Positions 49,243-60,199 of a DNA stretch of 64,000 nucleotides are shown here, piece after piece. A model generated the notes under the pieces. The model searched no databases. It had not been told where the DNA came from and worked only from the letters and a program-made list of their open reading frames with translations. Source of the stretch: Massalongia carnosa (taxonomy: Eukaryota); contig OZ287080.1 of NCBI GenBank assembly GCA_965645245.1, forward strand, positions 620,001 through 684,000, written 5' to 3'. How positions within the stretch are numbered: the stretch's first letter is position 1; every line of letters begins with the position of its first letter. Made by a program: the position numbers and the translations under genes.

Positions 49243-51404
49243 TCACCCGAAAATCACCTCCCGTCCCATCTCTTGCGCTACGTCCCGCCACCCTACCTCC
49301 CCTTGCCCGCCGTCGCTGCGGCGCCACACCTCCTCGCATACCTCCCATGCCGTGACGATGTTGTTCATGCCCTGGCGCGTCTCGAGGTGTCGGAAAACGG
49401 TGCGGGCCACGTTGCGGTCCACGTCTTCAGCCGCCTCGCACGCGGCCGTGAAGAGCGGCCAGACGAGGGCGGCCATGGGGCCCGAGAAGATGACAACGCG
49501 CAGGCAGGCCTGCAGGGCTTGCTTGGCAGGGGTTTGGACCTTGGGAGAGGCGCGGGCGTGGGAGAGAATGGTGCGGTAGAGGTATACGAAGCTGGCTTGC
49601 TTGTGGGCCTCGGCGTTGTTGAGGATCGACTGCAGGCGGGAGTCATCAGCCGGGTTCTCAATGGTGACGACCGAGGCGGGGATCTTGGGGATCCATTGGT
49701 GGAGGGCGAGCTCGATGCTCGAGGTATTGGTCTCGAAGTCGGCGCGCATGCTGTTGGTCTTCTCCTGGCCCGGGTTAGCCGCTTCCTCCTTTTCCAGTGT
49801 ACGCTTGACATCGACGAGGCTGGCGAGCCGGTGCTCAAGGGGCCACAGGTCGGCAATGAGGCCAAAGAGGGTGTCAACAGAGGCCATGGCGGAGCGATTG
49901 TGAGCGGAGGTGAAATCCTGGGGCTGAGGCATGAGGATAGTTCCAGACATGGGAGAAGAGCCGAACGAGAGGGCGGAAGCAACGTCAAAATACCGGAATG
50001 CCTGTTTCTTGTTAAATGCACGTTGGCGAATAACGACGGAACGAACGTAGCTTACCCGTTCCAGAAAGTTGGTCGTCGAACTCCGCTTGGCCTTTCGTTC
50101 CCGCATGATTGAGAGTGCGCCTCTTAGATGGCTGTTGAGAACGGTCGAAGAGCCGCTCCGTACGACCTGATGATTGGTTAGATCGAGTCCATTGAGTTTG
50201 CTGGTTTGAACCGACCTCGTAGTATAGCAAAAGTATGATGACGGCAAGCACTTCATCCCGGTTTCCTTCATCTTTATGCGCAATCAAATTGGCCAGCCCT
50301 TGCAACGCTTTTGAGTGCAGATCCAAAGCTCTCTCCTCTACGTGCAAACCTCGATGCTCCAAGTGGGCGCTTGAGATGGCGTAAATGGCGTGGAGCAAGG
50401 GTGGACTTTTCTGCGCCATGGGCAATACCAACTGTCGGAAAGGATTGCCCGAATCCTCTTTGAATACGATCAAATGACTCAAAACGTTGCAAAAGTGATC
50501 CAACAGGTTTCTTCGTGATTCTTGGCCGGTGTACTCCGAGAAAGCCGGGAGACTAAAGTCGTAGGGAGAACCGCCCGAGCTGGGCGACAGGAAAGCACTG
50601 GTAGGGTCCGGATACGAACTGCTTCGAGAAATGGCCGACGTTGGGGCGAACAATTCGCGAGATGTGGCAATCTTTTCATCGTATGGGTCCTTGGCAAAAC
50701 CGTCCATCGGATCCATCTGGAGTTGCTTGACGACGTGGAGTTCCGGCGTGCTGCGGGCGAAGCTGTCCAGGGCATCGAACGGAGGGAGCGGAGAATTCAT
50801 GTCTGTAAAGGTGTCACTCCCGCAACTTGATGCAGAGTCGCTGAAGACCGAGTGCGCACTGTGAACTTCCCAATTCTCGGCAATTGCTGGGAGAGATGGG
50901 GTGGGCGAGGCAGACAGGATGGAAGACCCGGAACTGGAGCCTTGGCGAAGGGCTTGCAATCTATCGTGAAAACCGAAATGCTGGCCGGGAGCGGTGGTCG
51001 GGGGTCGCATTCCCATATGCTCAGGGTTCGACACGGTTCTTCGTCTCTTGCGCGGTTTGACCGGTTCGTACTCGCACCGTAGGCCTCGTTCAAGGCAGCG
51101 ATCACATTGCGGGCGTTCTTCGTTGCATTTCTTTTTCTTTTCCTTGCTATCCGGCCATCAGCACGGGAAGACCTGCAGACGGGGAGGGGAACAACTGACC
51201 AATGCGCACAACCTAAAAGATCGCGCCAGAGCCACAGTCAGCCTTGAACTCCCGGAAACTCGCAACAATATCTACGCAAGTGATGATTGCACAGTGACGG
51301 GTGAGGAAGCCGGTTTGCTCACCGGCTCTTGAGCGCCGTTTAGGTATTTTGGCGGGAACAGGACGATGATACAGCAACATAATAGACGGGGGGCATTCAA
51401 ACAT
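49243..51404 (-). CDS. Zn(II)2Cys6 transcription factor with fungal-specific TF C-terminal domain, about 631 aa
   Basis: Spliced [36 protein letters not shown]. Introns 51213-51322, 51147-51199, 50167-50215, 50002-50055. C-terminal NPFRQLVLPMA...LLHAIYAISSAH...LVWPLFTAACEA. Start is 51404 or 51380. Confidence 0.92.
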
Positions 51405-52550
51405 AAGCTTATAATATACACAACCAGTGCGTACAGACAGAAAGCGGTTGAAAATATGCAAAGGATGTAAGGGAGGTGGGAGATAAATCGAGGATATAGA
51501 TGCGGCTTTTAACACGGAGTTGACTGACACACGAGAGGAGGCAACGACGATGATGAGAACAACAAGGTAATAATAGTAATGAACGACTTTCAGTGAGGTT
51601 CCGTCGGAATGGGTAAGTAGCAGGTAGGGTTAGGTGGGTAGGGTTAGATGATTAGGGCAACAGGGGAAGAGACTAACTCTCTCTGAACTGGAGATGACTG
51701 ACACACGCAAAGATGAGGGATTACCGAATTGGATGAGCAAAGGCAGGGTATCTTATAGGCGCGCGCAGCAGTGACCTCTCACCAGTTCCAAACGTCTAGT
51801 AGATTTTGCGGGGTACAGCGGAGTGCTGACTCCATTTGGGGGGGGGGGGGGGAGGACAAGTTATCGGGATTCGAATTATTCATGTGGCGCGAGGTTCAAG
51901 TCATTTAATGTAAGGGTCCAGATCCCTGAACCGATGGGGCGATACGGCAATGTGGTGAAGATATGACGGCGTTAGTAACTTGATGGTGGTGAAAACAATA
52001 AATATTAATGATGGTAATAACAACTGACAGCAACAATAATAGATTCAAAGATCTAGGGTCAAGGCGACTCCCGGCATTAGAGTGGTTCAAGGAGATGTAT
52101 GATGTTCAAAACTAGCAAAGACGATTGTCGATGTTTGGGATTTGGGGGAACGGGGGAGGGAGTGAGGGGGAGGTGAGGGGAGAACGACGGAGTCGGTTGG
52201 TATCGTGGAACAGTCGCTTCGTGCAAGGATGAAGTAATTTAGAATTTGAAGAGGAGAAGGGCTTTACCTTGGTGTCTTGACACAGGGTCAAAGCATATCG
52301 AATGAATCATGTCCAGGTAAAGGATCGGGGAACTCTAGGACTTTCGGAGTGGAAGAATTTTCGTACATTGTAGGGTTAGGACGCCGTCCGTACTCTGTAG
52401 ATGAGGTAAGATAACGTAGGGTCCGTTCAGGTGTGTAGCGTGAGGTAGGCTAGCCAGGCAACTGAGGCACAGACAAGGTAGTTGGCATTGCTGGGAGGCA
52501 GAGAGGGAAAGAATCAGCTAGAGACACGACGATGAAAAGTTAACCTGACA

Positions 52551-52592
52551 TGCGTAGCTGATGCGTAGCTGCTGCGTAGCTGCTGCGTTGCT
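52551..52592. repeat. 11-bp tandem repeat (tgcgtagctgm), about 4 units
   Basis: Directly visible upstream of the TF gene. Confidence 0.85.
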
Positions 52593-53306
52593 CCCGTGCA
52601 GAAGATAGAGGACATGCCGGACCGAGTTAGACTGGGGTTTGGTGTAAAGTGCGATGACATCCTTTGATACGTATTGAGTCCTTTTCTTTTTCTCGTGGTA
52701 ACCTTTCTGGCCCTTTCCGGTCGTTGCAAAGGTCAACTGCGGATCCAATGACGGTACAGAGTGAGCCATGGCCTCATCCTGGTCCAGGGCATGGGCCGTA
52801 AAATAATGAAACGTAATAAAGTCTAGCGGTAACAGTCTCCAAACTTCACCCCGATCTAACGGCATCGGGATTCAGCAGAGTCTGCGCCAGGTACGAGTAC
52901 TGCGACAGACTGCACGTTCAGCCAGTGGAGTTAGCCATGACTGAACTATCTCTCACCAATCACACTCCATGAAAACCCCAAGGAAACCCTTCACTCGACT
53001 GGAGAACTTGATCGTCCAAGCCGGCATTCCGTCACACTTTTACTTTCGAGGTCTTCGGCTGTTTTCCCTGCAGAGCCCTAACGCTCCTTGGTGATTTTTT
53101 AGCCTCCACCCCCCTCGGAACCCTTTGATCACCGCCCTTTCGAGAAAATTAAAACGTACAGGCATCAGAGAAGGTCCGAAGAATATTCGGTCCCTTCCTC
53201 AATCAAAACATAAAATTGCTATAAAGTACTCTGTATTCCGTACCAAGCCACTACAGAGTACTTGTAGATAGGAATACCAGCGGGATCTAAGCTCTCTTCC
53301 CAATTA

Positions 53307-53346
53307 CCTCCTCCTCCTCCTCCTCCTCCTCCTCTTCTTCTTCTTC
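53307..53346. repeat. Compound (CCT)n(CTT)n microsatellite
   Basis: Directly visible. Confidence 0.9.
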
Positions 53347-56300
53347 CCCTTCAATGCAACCTTAGTCTTCCACGTTTTGGGATTTTGCCCTAGCATTAGG
53401 TAAGAGAGTTAATGTCCATGTGAACCTGACCTCGAGCTACGGCGTGCATGTGGAATCGGACCAAATAACTTGAAACGTTCGCGGTGGAATCGCTCAGATG
53501 TGTTTCGATAATGAAAATAAGTACGTGTCCGTGAGCTCCTTCTCGCACCGTTGGGATGTGCACCATGGTAGGATCATGTAACTTGTTCCGGAGGCCGTTC
53601 GCTCAACTTTCTAGATGCCAATCCATCGAGTGACCGTCGATGCTGAATCCAAATCGTGAAATTGCAAAAGCCGCAAAGCTAAGAGGCGTCAGCTGCCCGT
53701 AAAAATGCATGCGAGAAAATTCATGTGTCATCGTCGTGGTCAAGACACTTGTACACAGCTTCCGTGGCCGGCCTCAAGCGGAGCATATGGTAGGGCTCAT
53801 GTGTGGCTTGCGTGATTGGACCAAATTGTTTTGTCGCATCAACCTGCATCGAATCCAGAGCAAGCCTACACCCATTGAGGTGACAACAGGCGAGAATGTC
53901 TCGAACGCACCAAGAACATTCTACGGATACACACCTATGCGTCTTGATTGGAACATGTCCTTTGCAGATCCTTGTTGATCTGCTAGGATTTCATCTGCCC
54001 TCGTTGAGAACTCAGCATTCTTCCCAGCCACGAAAGACCGCCCATCCATGTGAAGAAAACGGCAGTAGGCGTCAATAGTGCTTTTGGTTCGCAGCACTTG
54101 ACCTGCTTTCTGTCGCTGGATCCTTGTTGCAGCTTTTGCTTGGGATCTGGTGGCAAGCCTTATCCTAGACCCAGATGCAAGTCATCGACAATACAGAGTA
54201 TCTTACAATACATTCTTCTATTCACATACCCTCCACGGTGGCAGGCACCCAGTGGGGATGACGAAGAACCTTGTACGCCCGAGATATGGTAAGCAGCCAC
54301 TTTGCAAAGGCTCATATGGATTAGAGTTTGGAAATCCATGGCCATACAGATCGATCATGCATCTCAGGAACCCTGGAGATTCTCAGGGATAAGAGAAAGC
54401 AGAAGTTGAAAAAACTTATTGTTGATTGCGATCTGGTAATCGTCCAAGATGGGGCTGCATATCTGAAGCAACAAACAACTAAATAGGGCAATTCAGCGAC
54501 CTATGCTTCAGGTTTTGCCTAGGAGGAGCTGCATTGGTAGTGACATATAAATCTAATAATCACTTACATGATTGCACATGAAATATAGCAAACGCATCGC
54601 AGCCTCTACGATGAGAACGCATGAGTTTTGTACAGCCTCGATGATCGCTTTGAAGATTAAAATCTCGAAACCCCCGCGTCATGGATACCAGCATCATCTA
54701 GCTGTAAGGTTTCAAGCTAGAGCTTGGCATCCGTGCAACCATGCGTTGGCTCAAGGAAAATCAATGCTCCTGAGTTTCTTGGTTTCTGTGTTTCAATTGT
54801 CTTTAAGCGTCAAGCTGATGCTATTTTTAACAGCGACTATCGTCGCGAGCATTCCTAGGCTATGGGACTGTGAAACGTCCAAAAAAAAGTTGGAAATATT
54901 GCTTGTTTAAACGACATGTCTTCAAATAACAATCAAAAGGTATATCGTAATGATCTCATCACGATAAGCTTTTGGGGGATTTATTTAATGACCAAACGGT
55001 TTCCTGCAAGTTCAGACGAAACACTGTTGCTGCAACAAGTATGCTCCCTAAGAGATATCAAATTTATGGGGTAAACCTTCTTGCCTCCGAAGCGCTGATG
55101 GACTGTGTTGAACCAGCTAAACTCAATGAATTTGGCGTATAGCAGCTTCCTGGAGTATGCCATCTCCCGTAGGAGATAGATTGATGTGGTTTGAGAGCAA
55201 CAGAATCTACAACGCAGGACCATTACCTCAGCCTAGAGCGGTTTGCGATCCTGCGATTAAAAAAAAGCGGAGAACTCTTTACGTGATAAGCGTAGCGAGT
55301 TCCTTGCTGATGCATCATTTCGTTTGTGACAGTCGAAGGAGTCGGGGAAATCCTTGCGTTTGCCCGAAAAGTATGATTAATGCCAATATCCGTCCGCGAT
55401 AAAATCAGGAGGTAATTGGCCATGGCTTTTCGTACACCCTTCTGCACCATCGGAGAAATCTTAACATATTCTCCTAGGTAACTCGCCGTCTCATTTTCTG
55501 TGAAAATATCCCTAAGTCAGTCTTCCCAAGTATATGCGCTCCATCGCAGTTCTTGCTCTTGCTCCGAACTCCTCCGGGCAGACAGTTCCGAGCAAATCGT
55601 TTGAGGGGTGGCTTTTGTTAGCAACAGGCTTGCGGATAATAGACTTTGATCTAGGTACATACATATGAATATGCCTTGCATCTCACAGATGTATTTCATC
55701 TTCTGCAGCAGCAGATAACCGTCCTCACATTTGCTGTCCTTGTCATGGATGGCGCAGAGCAAAAAGTCAAAATTGAGGAATATAATAGTCATTAGGAGTG
55801 ATATGGTCGGCAAACCCGCCAACATGATCAAATCTATCTAAGGCAATGGATCTAACGAACCTTCATTACGCATTAATAGCATAGCGAGTTGCTCAGCAAG
55901 AATTGAGCTTCTCAGAGGAATACAGTATTGATTTCGCGTTTACGCTTGCTCCCAATTTTTAATTCGTCTGCTCAACGAGCAACAGAAAAAAACACATGAA
56001 ACAAAGAGCAAATGTGCGATACGCAATCCGAAAGAAAAGCACCAAATCGGCGAATCAAAAGGTGCCAAATACAGCCTGTAAAATCTGCTAAAAACTCGCA
56101 CAGTATGTTTTACTTACACTGTTTATCCCTCAAATCTAAGGGCTCTTCCTACCCTCTTTAGCATTTCAACATACTGGAAGAAGCCATCGAACAGGAGCCC
56201 ATGAAGGGCTAGGAGGTGCTCATTAGCGAAATGAATAGAACGTTATATAGATGATGAGAAGCGAGAAAGAAGCATTGAAAAAGGAGACCACATTTTGGCA

Positions 56301-57402
56301 GAAAATAATCTTTTGGGGTGGGCCATGGCCGGGCTGGAAAGACGGCCACCTGAAATCAGAAGGACAGAAGACCTACCTAGATGGTACACACGAAGCTATT
56401 TATGACCACACAATGAGCGCCCATATCGATACATACTAGATATCAATTAGGATAGGTTGATAATCAAGGACGAGGTTAACTAGAGTACCATTCAATGGAT
56501 GGGCACTAGGAGTAAACTTCACATAAGATCCACAGGAGACTCAAGCCTTAGAAGCAGGATTTATAGATCTTCCTAATCTTAATCTACTGGATAGACCGTA
56601 AAAATATGACCATTACAGCCGTTCGCTGCGTTGCTGTAAATTTCTCTACAATATACCATGGTCATCCAGGGCCATTGAATAGCTAGCCAAGCATCAAGTT
56701 ATGCAGGGTTATTCCAATGCGAGCACCTAAAGAATCTGTACTATAAATTATGTTATGCTCCGATATGAGTAATGAGACGTAAAATCTCAACTTCTACCTT
56801 CTGTGGTATTCCTAGCAGAATGAGAATGCCGAAATAAGTTTTTCCCATTCATCGCAGTTGTCTACCACTCTTTATGGCCAGTGAAGATCCGAGGAGATCC
56901 GGAGACTGTCAGCGTTTAGAGATGAAAGCCTAGAATCTACCACGAGTAGCGTTGTTAGTATAAGAAAGATAAGTAGAATGACAACATGATCATAGGTAGA
57001 TGATAGGTAAAAGGCGAAGGGGTGGTGAGTTTAGGAAAGAGGCTTTCGGTAGCCAAACGTTATTGAAATAAATGTAGGAATAATGATGAGATCATGTCGA
57101 AAAAATGCTGCGAATACTTTGCTTGCACATCTTCCCTCTCAAGAATGAAATGTTTGAGATGCTATTGTTACATGTAGTAGGGCTTATGTAACGAACGAAG
57201 GCCTCCGATGCCAAGGCATCACGGAGTATCTATTTAGCGTTTTCAAGAGGCTAACCCGATTCTCGAATTACCTGAAAAGTTTCAATTCGTGTAAAAACCC
57301 AGACTTGCCTCGCTAATCTTAACTTCATATCCATCAAAGGCTTTTAATTGTTTGTGAATCCTCGCAACCCTTTCTTCATCTTTTCTCTACTCTTTCCCTC
57401 CT

Positions 57403-58555
57403 ATGGCTGCATCAGCTGCCCCATCATCGACTGGCTCGACCAAGCTCGATGCCATTGTACAGAAAACAAGCGCCCAGTCCCCAAACAAACTCTCCGGACT
57501 TGCGCTCTACTCGCGGTTTGCGCTCGCGGGCGCCGTCTGTTGTTCCGTCACCCATGGAGGCCTCACCCCAGTCGATGTGTAAGTTGTTATATGGTAGTAG
57601 GTCATGATCTAGTTTGATGCTGATGGAGTCTCAATGCAGCGTAAAGACGCGGATACAGCTCGACCCCGTGACCTATAACCGAGGTTTGATTGGTGGATTC
57701 CGTCAAGTCATTGCCAACGAAGGTGCTGGCGCACTCTTGACGGGATTTGGTCCAACAGCATTTGGATACTTTTTACAGGGCGCCTTCAAGTTTGGAGGAT
57801 ATGAGCTCTTCAAGCAGCAATGCATCAACTACCTCGGTTACGAGACAGCATCGAAAAATCGGACCGCAGTCTATCTGGCCTCAGCCGCGGCCGCGGAGTT
57901 CTTCGCAGACATTGCCCTTTGCCCGCTAGAAGCTACACGGATCCGCCTTGTCTCGGAGCCCACCTTCGCATCAGGTCTCTTCAGCGGGTTCACCAAGATC
58001 GCAAGGCAAGAGGGACTTGGTGGCTTTTACTCTGGGTTCGGCCCCATCCTGTTCAAGCAGTAAGTGCTAAATCTACCAGATGAAGTCAAATAGCTTTCCC
58101 CTAACGTTTCTATTAAAGGGTCCCGTATACCATGGCCAAATTCGTCGTCTACGAGAAAGTTTCGGAACTGGTCTACCAGCAGGTCGACAAGGCCAAAACC
58201 TCGGACCGCATGCAAACCGTCATCAATCTCGGCTCTGGCCTCATCGCTGGCTTCGCCGCAGCCCTAATTTCCCAGCCAGCCGACACTATGCTGAGCAAGA
58301 TCAATAAGACAAAGGGTCTCCCTGGTGAGGGAACCACCAGCCGACTGATCAAGATTGCCAGGGAACTGGGATTGCGCGGCAGCTATACCGGCATCGGCGC
58401 TCGGTTGTTCATGGTGGGAACTTTGACTGCTGGGCAGTTTGCGATTTATGGCGATATCAAGAAGGCTTTGGGTGCGTGTCTAGTTTCCCATTTTTGGTTG
58501 ACTGTATGCTAACAATTAACTAGGTGCCACCGGCGGCGTGGAGATTGCAAAGTAA
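57403..58555 (+). CDS. MIR1: Mitochondrial phosphate carrier, 326 aa
   Basis: Exons 57403-57578, 57640-58059, 58119-58471, 58524-58555. Carrier signatures [49 protein letters not shown] is Mir1-type. Confidence 0.93.
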
Positions 58556-60199
58556 AAACTCAGCCCTCTCACGGCGAGATGCTAACACCTGAAACTCCTT
58601 TCGGCTCACGTTTTTTCGTCTCTGAATTCTATTCGATTAAGCCCTGCGAAATCAGACACAACACCATAATGCCTGCGAGACCTGATGATTCAAAAGGGCC
58701 AAACTTCCTTACCTACTATTTGGAGCTTTAGGACATATAGATCTCATACTATCGCTCCGCTTGTTTTTCCATCCTCATTCCGATGAAAAATTTCCGTTGT
58801 TGTTCATTAAGACCTGCTCCTACTTACCTGTACTATTAGAACTGCTTCATAGACCATTAGAAAGGGGCAGAGGGATTGGTTGATCCGCTTTTCACATATG
58901 CATGATAATTACGTTGTTTCCGTTTCTGCAAGTGGATACTTCTCGTCCTCTTCCCTCATCATCATCATCTACCCCGCCCACAATCTAGCGTTACAAGCCA
59001 TTCATTGATCCATCCGTTCCTCCCCCTCCTTCACACTCGATTTTTTTTCCGAAGCCCGCATTCTCCATCGCCTTTATCTGAATTATCCAAGGACGAGGAA
59101 GATGAAGATTAAAAAGAACGCCCCTCCCATATTCAGCCCATGACACGACACGAACAAGAGAAGAGAAACCCGACAACCAGAAATTTGACCCACTAGACGG
59201 AAATCTCCCGTGCGCTGGAACTAACCGGTTTTGGGGGAAAGTGGGTGAGAAGACGACAAAAGACAAGGAAAGGAAACGAAATGGGTATTGATTTGATTGT
59301 CTGATTTGGTTGATTTATGGGATGGGATGGGATGGGATGGAGACCATAGAAGAGCAAAGAGCAATTATAGCTATAGAGGGGGAGAGGGAGAGAGCACAAA
59401 ACCGCCAGCGACACAATGTCCAATCCCCGAACCAAACCTTCCTTCCTTTTCCCCCCTCCACCCCCCTCCCATTTTTTCTCCTTTTCCCCCCTTCCTTCAT
59501 TTCCCAACTTCCCACTCCAGCACTCGGAAACACGTGGACTGGCTGGCTGGCTGGCTGACTAACTGATAGGTTGGCTTTGGGGAAATGGGAAGAGAGGGAA
59601 GATGAGAGTCGAGAGAGAAGTCTAAGTCCAAGGCCAAGTCCATCTTTTCTTTCTTAGTTCCCTCACGCTCTTGTCCTGTCCTGTCCTGCCCTGCGCGCGT
59701 TTGTTGGGGGGGGGTTTTGTTCAGCTGGCGTGGGAGGTGGGAGGGATGGAGATCTAAATGAGTGAACTAGCTAGATTGAAATGGATTGGATGGATGACTG
59801 GTATTTAGCTGATAGATACCTAGGTAGACGCGTTCGAGATAAATTCGGCAAAAACAAAATACAATCGTGTTGGAGCTGTGTAGGACATGTATATAGGTAC
59901 ATACCTATATGACACGGACAAACAGGGTTTTACATGTATGTCCTGTCATTCGATTACGGGTTTTGTACTGGCCTTGATGCGTGCTGCATGTATCGCGAAA
60001 AAGGATGCATCAAGATTCTCCTGGTTATTGTAAATACATACATAAATGATTGCAGCACGCAGACAAACAAACACACATTCACAGTCTTCGAGATTATCAT
60101 CGCTGCGCCCAAATAATGTGCCGGGAGATGGTTTATTCGCGTATCTTCGTCTCACGTTTCAACTTTCTCGAAAACACGGAGTCATTCTGGGCTACTTAC

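Noticed and set aside
49015..50112. 365-aa plus-strand ORF
   Set aside because: Antisense shadow of the GC-rich last exon of the TF.
59891..59910. 9-bp palindrome atataggta-ca-tacctatat and scattered taggta/tacct runs
   Set aside because: Short, low-complexity and common in fungal intergenic DNA; no associated element.
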